The translations under genes and the position numbers were made by a program. A stretch of DNA of 64,000 nucleotides, taken from assembly GCA_043798355.1 (NCBI GenBank), contig JAZDOT010000002.1:1160-65159 (forward strand), in the 5' to 3' direction. Within the stretch, counting starts at the first letter, position 1, and the number at the start of each line of letters is the position of its first letter. Origin of the DNA: Candidatus Peregrinibacteria bacterium. Lineage in GTDB: Bacteria > Patescibacteriota > Gracilibacteria > Peribacterales > Peribacteraceae. Positions 34,824 through 43,019 of this stretch are shown here, piece by piece. Under the pieces are notes generated by a model. That model did not search any database. It was not told the DNA's origin and saw only the letters and a program-made list of their open reading frames with translations.

Positions 34824-35141
34824 TTACTGGTGTAGCTGTTCCATCTCCGACACATACCATTCCTTTTCGCCTTTCTTCAGGATGATCAGCTTGGGTCCGT
34901 CTTTGGTCTCGGCGATGTACTGGCGTTCCTCGGTGCGTTCGCGCACGAGGGACGAGGTCGTGATCTCCTCGTCCGGGAGGAGCAGGTAGAGGGCGATGTC
35001 GGGCTTGTCCGTGAGGGCGGCATTCAGATTGAGGGTCGCCCGCGCGAGGAACGACGCCACGATGACAATGAGGCAGCTCACCAGAACCGCCCAGAAGGTT
35101 GTCTGGAGGAAGCGCGGCCGGGAGAGACGGTGGATGTCCAT
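34824..35141 (-). CDS. Small membrane-anchored hypothetical protein
   Basis: 105-aa ORF with one TM helix (TTFWAVLVSCLIVIVASFLA). Confidence 0.5.
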   Translation of the reverse strand: MDIHRLSRPRFLQTTFWAVLVSCLIVIVASFLARATLNLNAALTDKPDIALYLLLPDEEITTSSLVRERTEERQYIAETKDGPKLIILKKGEKEWYVSEMEQLHQ

Positions 35142-35192
35142 TTCGTTCCATTATAGCATCAGTTCGTTTCTCGTGGTAGCGTGCAGAGCGAA

Positions 35193-36695
35193 ATGCGACG
35201 ACTCTGCCTCATCATCCTCGACGGGTTCGGCGTCGCCCCACCCGGCCCCGGGAATGCCCGCACACTTTCGAAGATGCCGACGGTGAAGCATCTCGAACAA
35301 GAAGTTCCGAATGTCATCATGCAGGCCGCGGGCAATGCGGTCGGCCTTCCCGAGGGGCAGCAGGGGGCCAGCGAGCCCGGTCACCTCACCATCGGTGCGG
35401 GGCGGATCGTCTGGCAGCCGCTCGAGGAGATCAACCAATCCATCAGGAGCGGTGCCTTCTTCGAAAATCCCGTCCTCACGGCCGCCTGCGACCGCGCGAA
35501 GGCGAAGAACGGCCCCCTCCATCTGGAGGTGATTTTCTCATACGGCGGCGTCCACGGGCACATCGATCACCTGTTCGCCATGATCCGCATGGCCAAAGAG
35601 CGCTCTGTACCACGTGTCATTCTTCATCTCGTGGGAGACGGCAGGGATGTCCCCGAACAGCAGTTCACGATCGACTACGATCTCTTCCGGAAGAAGATCG
35701 ATCGCGAGACATTCGTGAAGATCGCTTCCCTCGTCGGTCGCTACTACGCCATGGACCGCGACCGGCAATATGCCACCCGGACCAAGGTCGCCTATGACCT
35801 CTTCACGCTCGGGAAAGGCGAAGAGTGCCCCGATCTCTCCATCGGGGCGAAGGAGTGGTACGCGAAAGCCCCCGACAAGGAGAAGACCGACTACTACATT
35901 CATCCGCTCAAGACGAAGGATTTCCAGCCGATCCGTGCGGAGGATACGGTGGTCATCGTGAACTTCCGCTCCGATCGGGAGATCCAGATCGTCCGCGCGC
36001 TCGAGGACGAGCACTTCACCGAATTCCTCCGCCCCGTCCGTGTCACGGACGTGACCTGCATGGGGCCGTACTCCGATCATCTGCCCGTCGCCTTCCCCGC
36101 CGTAGAAGTGAAGAACACCTTGGGCGAAGTGATTTCCAGAGCTGGTCTCAAGCAGCTTCGTGTCGGGGAAACCGACAAGTTCGCGCACATCACCTTCTTC
36201 TTCAACGCCCAGCGCCACGAGCCGTATCCCGGCGAGGAGCGCATCCTCATCGAATCCCCCAAGGTGCCGAACTTCGCCGATGCGCCGGAGATGAGTGCGG
36301 ACGGGGTGACGAAAACGGTCGTCGAACATCTGGGGAAGTACGACCTCATCATCATGAACTACGCCAACCCCGACCTCGTGGGGCACGGAGGCAAACTGGA
36401 TGCGGCGATCATTGCATGTGAGACGGTGGACCGTAATTTGGCTGTGCTCCTCCCGCAGCTGGAGGCAGCAGGTTACGATTGGATCATCACGGCGGACCAC
36501 GGCAATGCCGAGATCATGCTCCTTCCGGACGGCGTCACTGCGAATCCCAGCCACACCGCGAGTCCCGTACAGACGTTCGTGCACTCCTCCCTCATTCAGT
36601 CATCCAAAGATCTCAAAGGCATGAAGGGTCTCAAGGACATTGCCCCGCTGTGCCTGAAGATCATGGGGATCGAAGTTCCTGAGGAGATGCAATAA
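35193..36695 (+). CDS. gpmI: 2,3-bisphosphoglycerate-independent phosphoglycerate mutase
   Basis: MRRLCLIILDGFGV...GASEPGHLTIGAGRIV...HLVGDGRDV...ETDKFAHITFFFN...NYANPDLVGH...ITADHGNAE. Confidence 0.88.
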   Translation: MRRLCLIILDGFGVAPPGPGNARTLSKMPTVKHLEQEVPNVIMQAAGNAVGLPEGQQGASEPGHLTIGAGRIVWQPLEEINQSIRSGAFFENPVLTAACDRAKAKNGPLHLEVIFSYGGVHGHIDHLFAMIRMAKERSVPRVILHLVGDGRDVPEQQFTIDYDLFRKKIDRETFVKIASLVGRYYAMDRDRQYATRTKVAYDLFTLGKGEECPDLSIGAKEWYAKAPDKEKTDYYIHPLKTKDFQPIRAEDTVVIVNFRSDREIQIVRALEDEHFTEFLRPVRVTDVTCMGPYSDHLPVAFPAVEVKNTLGEVISRAGLKQLRVGETDKFAHITFFFNAQRHEPYPGEERILIESPKVPNFADAPEMSADGVTKTVVEHLGKYDLIIMNYANPDLVGHGGKLDAAIIACETVDRNLAVLLPQLEAAGYDWIITADHGNAEIMLLPDGVTANPSHTASPVQTFVHSSLIQSSKDLKGMKGLKDIAPLCLKIMGIEVPEEMQ

Positions 36696-36956
36696 GCAGC
36701 CTCAGCCAGCCGTTTCGCTGGTCGGATCGGCAGGCTTTTCTTGAGCCTGTGCGACTTTCGGTTCCTGCGGTTTGCCGGGAATTGCTGCGATCTTGCTTCG
36801 AGTATCTATCTCTAGTGCAGGCAGGTCGGTGCCGGTTCGTACAACTTTACACAATTGCGCATCCTCCGGACGTTCCCAAGGTTTTAATCCCATAGTTGGG
36901 TGGGGAAAAAAAGTGGCAGTAAGATAATTCCCTCTTTCTGGAATGCAAGCTAATCT

Positions 36957-38345
36957 ATGAGAAATCTCATGGAAGAGATCACCACCCGTTCGGCGCGCTT
37001 CTACGATGACCTTGCCGGCCACCCGGATCGTCATGTGCATCTCATTCTGATCGCGACGAAGCCGGACATCATCAAGCAGGTGCCTCTCTACCTGGAATTG
37101 AAGCGGCGCGGGCACCTGGTCCTCCTGGGGCATACCGGCCAGCACTACGACGAGAACCTGAGCGGCGGGATGCTGAAGGAGTTCGGCGTCGAACCGGATT
37201 TCAACCTGAATGTCCGCGGCAGTCTGTATGAGGTCGTTGCTCAGATCATCGGGAGGCTGGGATATGTGATCGGAGAACTCAAGTCGCGCGGGAAAATTGT
37301 GATTCCGTACGTGCACGGCGACACGACGACGGCGATGGCGGCATCGAATGCAGGATTTTGTCATGGGTTTGCGGCGGTGCATGTGGAGGCAGGGATACGG
37401 ACATTGACACCGCGGTATAGGGATTGGGGATTGGGGATTGGGGATTGGGACGGGCAGAAAGGACTAAGGACTAAGGACAAAGGACAAAGGATACAGATTA
37501 ATAATGTATCAGTGTGGAGGAAGTTTCTGATGGATCGAAAGAACTGGGAGCGGGGGAGCCTGGAGCCGTATCCGGAGCAGTTCAATACGCGCTGCTCTGA
37601 GGCGGCAACAGGAATTCATCTTGCTCCCGTTGAGCTCGATCGTGAGTTTATGCTCAGTGAAGGATTCCCCGCAGACAGGATCTTTGTCACGGGAAACTCC
37701 GTTGCGGACGCAACGCGTGAGGCGCAGGCTCGTGCGAAACATTCAGCGATCTTCGAGAGGTTCCCCTTACTCGCGAAGGGGGATTTCGTGCGTTTCTGCA
37801 TCCATCGCAGGGAGAACTGCGCATCGGACAAGCGGTTTATGGCCATCTATGAAGCGATGAAATCCCTGATTCTTTCCGGGCGAACGGTGCTCCTTATCTC
37901 CATGTTCCAGACGGAAGCTGCATTTGTGCGGTTGGGATTGAAAAACGAAGTGGATGCTCTCGTAAAATCACACAAAAATTTCATCTACTCTCCGGTGTGG
38001 AGCGAGTACGGCGACGTCATCGCCGCCATGGAGCGCGCAGCCGTCTGCGCCACGGACAGCGGATCCATGCAGGAGGAGATGAACGTGCTCGGTATACCGT
38101 GTGTGACGCTCCGGTTCGGTTCCGATCGCAGTGAATCCGTAATGAACGGCGGGAACATTATCGCGCCGCCGGTGGATGCGTCCGTCATTCAAACTATCAT
38201 CGAGTATGCGTGGAATCATGCGGAGATGAAGAAGGCGCCGAAGCTCTACGGCGAGAATGTCAGCGCGCGATCGATCGACGCAGTTGAGAGTGTGCTCAAA
38301 ACAGGAGACGTATTTCGGGACGAAGAGAAGAGACTCGGGTTTTGA
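36957..38345 (+). CDS. UDP-N-acetylglucosamine 2-epimerase-like protein (WecB family) with a repeat-derived insert
   Basis: KPDIIKQVPLY..., HTGQHYDENLS, YVHGDTTTAMA, VHVEAGIRT ... PEQFNTR ... IFVTGNSVADA ... DSGSMQEEMNVLGIPCVTLR. An extra segment of about 50 aa lies between IRT and PEQFNTR. Confidence 0.8.
   Translation: MRNLMEEITTRSARFYDDLAGHPDRHVHLILIATKPDIIKQVPLYLELKRRGHLVLLGHTGQHYDENLSGGMLKEFGVEPDFNLNVRGSLYEVVAQIIGRLGYVIGELKSRGKIVIPYVHGDTTTAMAASNAGFCHGFAAVHVEAGIRTLTPRYRDWGLGIGDWDGQKGLRTKDKGQRIQINNVSVWRKFLMDRKNWERGSLEPYPEQFNTRCSEAATGIHLAPVELDREFMLSEGFPADRIFVTGNSVADATREAQARAKHSAIFERFPLLAKGDFVRFCIHRRENCASDKRFMAIYEAMKSLILSGRTVLLISMFQTEAAFVRLGLKNEVDALVKSHKNFIYSPVWSEYGDVIAAMERAAVCATDSGSMQEEMNVLGIPCVTLRFGSDRSESVMNGGNIIAPPVDASVIQTIIEYAWNHAEMKKAPKLYGENVSARSIDAVESVLKTGDVFRDEEKRLGF
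37420..37490 (+). repeat. Two heptamer arrays (GGGATTG x4; GGACTAA/GGACAAA x4) inside the epimerase ORF
   Basis: gggattggggattggggattggggattggga cgggcagaaa ggactaaggactaaggacaaaggacaaagg is followed by the palindrome gatacagattaataatgtatc (37490-37510). Confidence 0.9.
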
Positions 38346-38348
38346 CGG

Positions 38349-38369
38349 AGCTTTGAGCTTTGAGCGATC
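38349..38369. repeat. Heptamer array (AGCTTTG x2.5)
   Basis: agctttgagctttgagcgatc starts 4 nt after the epimerase stop. Confidence 0.8.
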
Positions 38370-38541
38370 AGTCTTCAGGGAGATATTGAAGAGCCCTCGC
38401 ACACGCTCTTCGGTCGGCCTATTTACTACTCTTCAACCGATGGGGCGCGAGGGCTCTTAATTTGGCTCATCCAACTGGACAAGTTGGATGAATTTTATGC
38501 TTGTGTGTTTCAGGCACAAGGGAAAAGGCAGGATTTTTGCT

Positions 38542-40026
38542 ATGCTCCTTTCCATGCTCCAGGTCACCCGCGAACGCCTCACGCTCATTCTTCTCACTCT
38601 CCTCCCGTTCCACGCGTTCCTGGTGACGGTTCTGACGAAGGTTGTCGTAGGTCCGGGACATGCGCCGCTGACGGTCCTTGCTCTCTGGAAGGAGATTCTC
38701 CTTGGCATAGTGTTTCTGGTGTCATGTTTGGAGCTCAGTTGTGAGTTTGGGCGGAAGGACTTAGGACTTAGGACGAAGGACTTAGGACGAAGAGTTGATG
38801 CTATCGACTGGTGCATCATTGCTTTGTTGCTCCTTGCCGTTCTCGTCAGTGCTTACAGCTTACAGCTTACAGCTTACAGCTTCGCTCTCGGCTTCAAATA
38901 CGACTTTCTCCCCCTCGTCGCATTCCTCGTCCTGCGTCGCATTCCGTGGTCGGAGAAATTCATCGGGAATGTTCTTCGTGTCATTCCGATCATCGCCATC
39001 ATCATTGTCGCGTATGGATTGGCCTCGCTGTTCCTTCCCGCATCCTTCTTCACGCGGCTCGGATACAGTGATCTCCATTCCCTCTATGTTCCGAGCGGGC
39101 CGCTGGCTGCCTTCCAGTACATCTCTGAGCTCGGGATTCGCCGCATGCAGAGTGTCATGAGCGGGCCGAATCAACTGGGGATGTGGATGCTCACTCCCTT
39201 GAGTTTCGCCGTTGTCACATGGGTACGGGAGAGAGCGATGAGCGGACAGCGCACAGCGATCAGTACGATCGTTATTCTCGGTGTGGCGCTTTTTCTGACA
39301 TTCTCGCGGGCGGCGTGGGTCGCAGCTACGGCGATCCTGATTACATTCGCCGCGTTTCATTGGCGTGAGCCGCTCGTGCGGCGCATTTCCATGATCGCAG
39401 TCGCTCTGGGCATTCTTGTTTTCTCTGCATTGATGATCGTTGCACCGGGGATATGGCTTCGGTCCGTGTCCAATAGCGGGCATCTGCAGAGGCCGATGGT
39501 CGCTCTGCAAACGATGCTCGCTCACCCCTTCGGCCTCGGCCTCGGCGCTGCCGGTCCGGCATCGAATGCCGTGAGTGATGTGTGCGTGGAACTTCCCGCG
39601 GGGTCGGATGCTTCGTGGGCGAACGACCGGCCGGAGCTCTGCGTCTTCGTCGGGGATATGCAAGTTCAACCCATCGGCAAGATTTGCCGTTGCCCCATGC
39701 TCACGGAGAACTGGTACCTCCAAGTCGGCGTAGAACTTGGGTTTCTCGGTTTTGGGTTATTTGTCGTTCTCATACTGTTGGTTCTGCGCCGACTTGGAAT
39801 GAAAAATGGAAAATGGAACATGGAAGATTTCAGATCGGATGATCGGATTCATTCCGAAGAATTTTCAATTTTCAATTTTCAATTTTCAATTTTCCTCGTT
39901 TTCCTCGGCATCAGCATTGCGGCGCTCTTTTTGCATGCGTGGGAAGACAGTGCCGTCGCGTATACGGCGTGGATCGTTGTGGCCATAAGTTTGCATTCAC
40001 CGAAAGCGTCTTTGCATGGGCATTAA
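38542..40026 (+). CDS. O-antigen ligase (Wzy_C)-like polytopic membrane protein
   Basis: About 10 or more TM helices, with the FLTFSRAAWVA motif typical of O-antigen ligase-like proteins. It carries four tandem arrays. The start is uncertain (38488, 38542 or 38554). Confidence 0.65.
   Translation: MLLSMLQVTRERLTLILLTLLPFHAFLVTVLTKVVVGPGHAPLTVLALWKEILLGIVFLVSCLELSCEFGRKDLGLRTKDLGRRVDAIDWCIIALLLLAVLVSAYSLQLTAYSFALGFKYDFLPLVAFLVLRRIPWSEKFIGNVLRVIPIIAIIIVAYGLASLFLPASFFTRLGYSDLHSLYVPSGPLAAFQYISELGIRRMQSVMSGPNQLGMWMLTPLSFAVVTWVRERAMSGQRTAISTIVILGVALFLTFSRAAWVAATAILITFAAFHWREPLVRRISMIAVALGILVFSALMIVAPGIWLRSVSNSGHLQRPMVALQTMLAHPFGLGLGAAGPASNAVSDVCVELPAGSDASWANDRPELCVFVGDMQVQPIGKICRCPMLTENWYLQVGVELGFLGFGLFVVLILLVLRRLGMKNGKWNMEDFRSDDRIHSEEFSIFNFQFSIFLVFLGISIAALFLHAWEDSAVAYTAWIVVAISLHSPKASLHGH
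38756..38792 (+). repeat. Heptamer array (AGGACTT/AGGACGA x5) inside the ligase-like ORF
   Basis: aggacttaggacttaggacgaaggacttaggacgaag is translated as KDLGLRTKDLGRR. Confidence 0.9.
38851..38885 (+). repeat. Heptamer array (GCTTACA x4) inside the ligase-like ORF
   Basis: gcttacagcttacagcttacagcttacagcttcgc is translated as AYSLQLTAYSFA. Confidence 0.9.
39803..39830 (+). repeat. Heptamer array (AAAATGG x2, AACATGG, AAGATTT) inside the ligase-like ORF
   Basis: aaaatggaaaatggaacatggaagattt is translated as KNGKWNMEDF. Confidence 0.8.
39863..39890 (+). repeat. Heptamer array (TTTTCAA x4) inside the ligase-like ORF
   Basis: ttttcaattttcaattttcaattttcaa is translated as FSIFNFQFSIF. Confidence 0.9.
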
Positions 40027-40031
40027 GTCGC

Positions 40032-40436
40032 TCAAGTTTCCATATCCTGTTCGGCTATGAATGCCCAAAAGGCATCATCCGCCAGTACCGTACCCAGTTT
40101 CCCGAAGAGACGTATATGCTGTGTGATAGCCTGTACGACAGTATCTTTATGCTGTTCTGCGACATGCACGCCGGGACCAACGCGAGCCGTCACTGCATCA
40201 TGCCGTTCGATTCGGTCTCCCGCGTTCTTGCATGCTGTCTCAACCTGTGTTGCTGCATCGTGTGGTAATGCTGCCAGCATCTGTTTTTGACGTCTGAAAA
40301 AATCGTTCACGGTATCGACAATCGTCTTTGCTGCCCCCCTTTCTGTCGTGTCGGCTAAGCGCAATAACTCTGTGGTAGCCGTTTCGGCTTCTTCACAGAG
40401 CGTACGGAGGGATTGCCGATTGTTATCAATTGTCAT
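40032..40436 (-). CDS. Hypothetical helical protein
   Basis: 134-aa ORF filling the gap between convergent and divergent neighbours. No family recognised. Confidence 0.45.
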   Translation of the reverse strand: MTIDNNRQSLRTLCEEAETATTELLRLADTTERGAAKTIVDTVNDFFRRQKQMLAALPHDAATQVETACKNAGDRIERHDAVTARVGPGVHVAEQHKDTVVQAITQHIRLFGKLGTVLADDAFWAFIAEQDMET

Positions 40437-40513
40437 AGAGCAGGTATGCTGCCTACATTTATTAGTTTGTCAACTGTCTCGTAGTTCTTTCTTGCAATCG
40501 TTATGCTGTCTCC

Positions 40514-42304
40514 ATGTCGGATTCCCATCCCATCGTCGTCTTGGATTGCGGCGGACAGTACGCGCACCTGATCGCGCGGAGGGTCCGGAGCCTCGGCGCA
40601 TGTTCGGTCATTCGCATCGCGGAAACGAGCGCGGCAGACTTGCGTGATGCCGCCGGGATCATCCTCTCGGGCGGACCGCAGAGCGTGTACGAAGAGGGGA
40701 GCCCGCAGGCGGATCCGGGGATTTTCACGTTAGGGGTCCCCGTGCTCGGGATCTGTTACGGCCTGCACTGGATGGCGCACGCGCTCGGGGGGACGGTCAC
40801 GCCCGGCAATGTGAAGGAGTACGGTCACACGGATATCCGTACCGTTACGGGCGGAGGGATGCTTCTCAGAGATTGTGGGCAGGAATTCGTTGCCTGGATG
40901 TCGCATGGGGACGAGGCGCAGAAACTCCCGCCGGGCTTCACCCTGACCGCAACCTCCGATGCCTGCCGGAATGTCGCTTTCGAGGATGCCGCACGGAAGC
41001 TCTTCGCCGTGCAGTTCCACCCGGAAGTGACGCACACAGAGCACGGTACGGACATACTCCGCCGCTTCGTCGCTCTCTGTGGCGCCACGCCCTGGACGAT
41101 GCACGGCTATGCGGAGCGCATCGCCGGAGAGATTCGCCGACAGACGGGGGACAGGAAAGTCTTCATGCTCGTCTCGGGCGGCGTGGATTCCACTGTCGCC
41201 TTCACCCTGCTCAATCAGGTTCTGGGGACCGGCCGCGTGCAGGGGCTCCTGGTGGATACCGGGCTCATGCGCAAGAACGAGATCGCGGAAATCCGTGCCG
41301 CCTTCGATCGATTGCATGTTTCTAACCTGAAGATTGAAGATGCCTCGGATGAGTTCTTCCGGAATTTAAAAGGTGTCTACGATCCCGAAGCGAAGCGACG
41401 CATCATCGGGGATACGTTCCTCGCGGTGCAGGCGCGGGTGAGCGAAGGGCTGGGTTTGACGGCGGGCAAAGGGTGGATGCTCGGTCAGGGGACGATCTAC
41501 CCCGATACCATCGAGACCAAGGGGACGAAGCATGCCGACCACATCAAGACGCACCACAACCGTGTGGCTGCCGTGCAGGAGTTGATTGCCAAGGGGCTCG
41601 TGATCGAACCGCTGCGAGAACTCTACAAAGACGAGGTGCGCATGCTCGGCGAGGAATTGGGATTGCCGCACGAGCTCGTCTGGCGTCACCCGTTCCCGGG
41701 GCCGGGACTGGGAGTGAGGATCCTGTGTGCAGAGAATGCCGATCTTGCGGAGGCTCAAAGCTCAAAGCTCAACGCTCAAAGCTTCACCGTTCTTCCCGTG
41801 AAGTCCGTGGGCGTTCAGGGAGACGGACGCACCTACCGGCATGCGGTGGCCGTGTTCAAAGATGATCCCTGTGTCGTCACTGACGAACTGTGGGAGATCG
41901 CAAAAAGTGTTCCCAATACATACCGGGAATTCAACCGGGTTCTCCTCTGTACGTCTTCTTCGGTGCCCCCATCGTTCACCTTCATGCCGGGATTCCTCAC
42001 GCGGGAGCGGGCCGATCTCCTGCGCGAAGCGGATGCCATCGTGGCGGAAGAGATCGGGAGAAGTCACCTCACGGAAGCCATTTGGCAATTTCCGGTGGTA
42101 CTCCTCCCCTTCGGTACATGCATAGGAGGGCAATCCATCGTGCTGCGTCCGGTCGCATCGCAGGAGGCCATGACGGCGAGCGCGTTCCCTCTGCCGGAGG
42201 ACGTCGTGCAACGCATGACGGAGCGTATTCTTCGGCTCCCGGGAATTGATTGTGTGTTCTACGATCTGACCAGTAAGCCGCCGGGGACGATTGAGTGGGA
42301 GTGA
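40514..42304 (+). CDS. guaA: GMP synthase (glutamine-hydrolysing)
   Basis: GATase N-terminus IVVLDCGGQYAHLIARRVR...CYG...FAVQFHPEV. PP-loop VSGGVDSTV. ...HHNRV...HPFPGPGLGVRI...SVGVQGDGRTY...KPPGTIEWE. Confidence 0.9.
   Translation: MSDSHPIVVLDCGGQYAHLIARRVRSLGACSVIRIAETSAADLRDAAGIILSGGPQSVYEEGSPQADPGIFTLGVPVLGICYGLHWMAHALGGTVTPGNVKEYGHTDIRTVTGGGMLLRDCGQEFVAWMSHGDEAQKLPPGFTLTATSDACRNVAFEDAARKLFAVQFHPEVTHTEHGTDILRRFVALCGATPWTMHGYAERIAGEIRRQTGDRKVFMLVSGGVDSTVAFTLLNQVLGTGRVQGLLVDTGLMRKNEIAEIRAAFDRLHVSNLKIEDASDEFFRNLKGVYDPEAKRRIIGDTFLAVQARVSEGLGLTAGKGWMLGQGTIYPDTIETKGTKHADHIKTHHNRVAAVQELIAKGLVIEPLRELYKDEVRMLGEELGLPHELVWRHPFPGPGLGVRILCAENADLAEAQSSKLNAQSFTVLPVKSVGVQGDGRTYRHAVAVFKDDPCVVTDELWEIAKSVPNTYREFNRVLLCTSSSVPPSFTFMPGFLTRERADLLREADAIVAEEIGRSHLTEAIWQFPVVLLPFGTCIGGQSIVLRPVASQEAMTASAFPLPEDVVQRMTERILRLPGIDCVFYDLTSKPPGTIEWE
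41753..41787 (+). repeat. Heptamer array (GCTCAAA x3, GCTCAAC, GCTTCAC) inside guaA
   Basis: gctcaaagctcaaagctcaacgctcaaagcttcac is translated as AQSSKLNAQSFT. Confidence 0.9.
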
Positions 42305-42342
42305 AGGACGAGGACGAAGGACAGAGGACGAAGGACGAAGGG
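42303..42342. repeat. About 7-nt array (GAAGGAC-type x6) starting at the guaA stop codon
   Basis: gaaggacgaggacgaaggacagaggacgaaggacgaaggg. Confidence 0.85.
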
Positions 42343-42394
42343 CCGCGCGAAAGAATGGGAGTCAACAATATGGTCATTCAGCAAGAGAACGCTT

Positions 42395-42982
42395 ATGCTT
42401 GGTCTCTCCATGGCAGATGCTGCCGCTCTCACCGAGCCCGAAATTCTTGCCCTTGTCCGAAAGGCCAAGGACGGCGATACCGATGCGTTCGAGCAGATCT
42501 ATCGGCACTTCTTCACGCCCGTGTACCGGTTCGCGGCCATCCGCGTGCCGGAAGCGGTTGCCGAGGATGTCGTTGCCGATGTGTTCGTGAAAGTGTGGGA
42601 GAAGCTCCACAAGTACACGGAACGCAAGGGGATTCCCTTCGGGGCGTGGGTGTTTCGCATCGCCAGAAACGTCGTCGTGGACAGCTACCGTACTTCGAAA
42701 TCATGGGAGGAGATGCCTGAGGACGTGCGCGATCCGGACGAGTGGAACAAGGCGGATACCGGCATCCGTCGCGCGCTTCTCCTTAAAACCGTCCGCTCCG
42801 CGTTCGATCATTTGCCACGGCGTTACCGCGATGTCCTCACACTCTCGTTCATGGCGGATCTCTCCCATGCGGAAGTGGCGAAGACGCTGCGCATTTCCGA
42901 AGGGACGGTCCGGATACGCAAGTTCCGCGCTCTCAAGAAGCTCGAAGACCTCCTTCCGCCAGAAAGCAAGGAACATCTGTAA
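42395..42982 (+). CDS. ECF-type RNA polymerase sigma-70 family factor
   Basis: Region 2 is DAFEQIYRHFFTPVYRFAAIRV...EDVVADVFVKVWEKL. Region 4 is LPRRYRDVLTLSFMADLSHAEVAKTLRISEGTVRIRKFRALKKL. Confidence 0.85.
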   Translation: MLGLSMADAAALTEPEILALVRKAKDGDTDAFEQIYRHFFTPVYRFAAIRVPEAVAEDVVADVFVKVWEKLHKYTERKGIPFGAWVFRIARNVVVDSYRTSKSWEEMPEDVRDPDEWNKADTGIRRALLLKTVRSAFDHLPRRYRDVLTLSFMADLSHAEVAKTLRISEGTVRIRKFRALKKLEDLLPPESKEHL

Positions 42983-43019
42983 CAGAAGCCACTTTTTTCC
43001 GTTTTAACTCTTGCAATAC

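Noticed and set aside
36702-36893. 63-aa minus-strand ORF (MGLKPWERPEDAQLCKVV...) in the gpmI/epimerase spacer.
   Set aside because: It has no recognisable family and is the tail of a mostly antisense track ORF. It could be real, but the evidence is insufficient.
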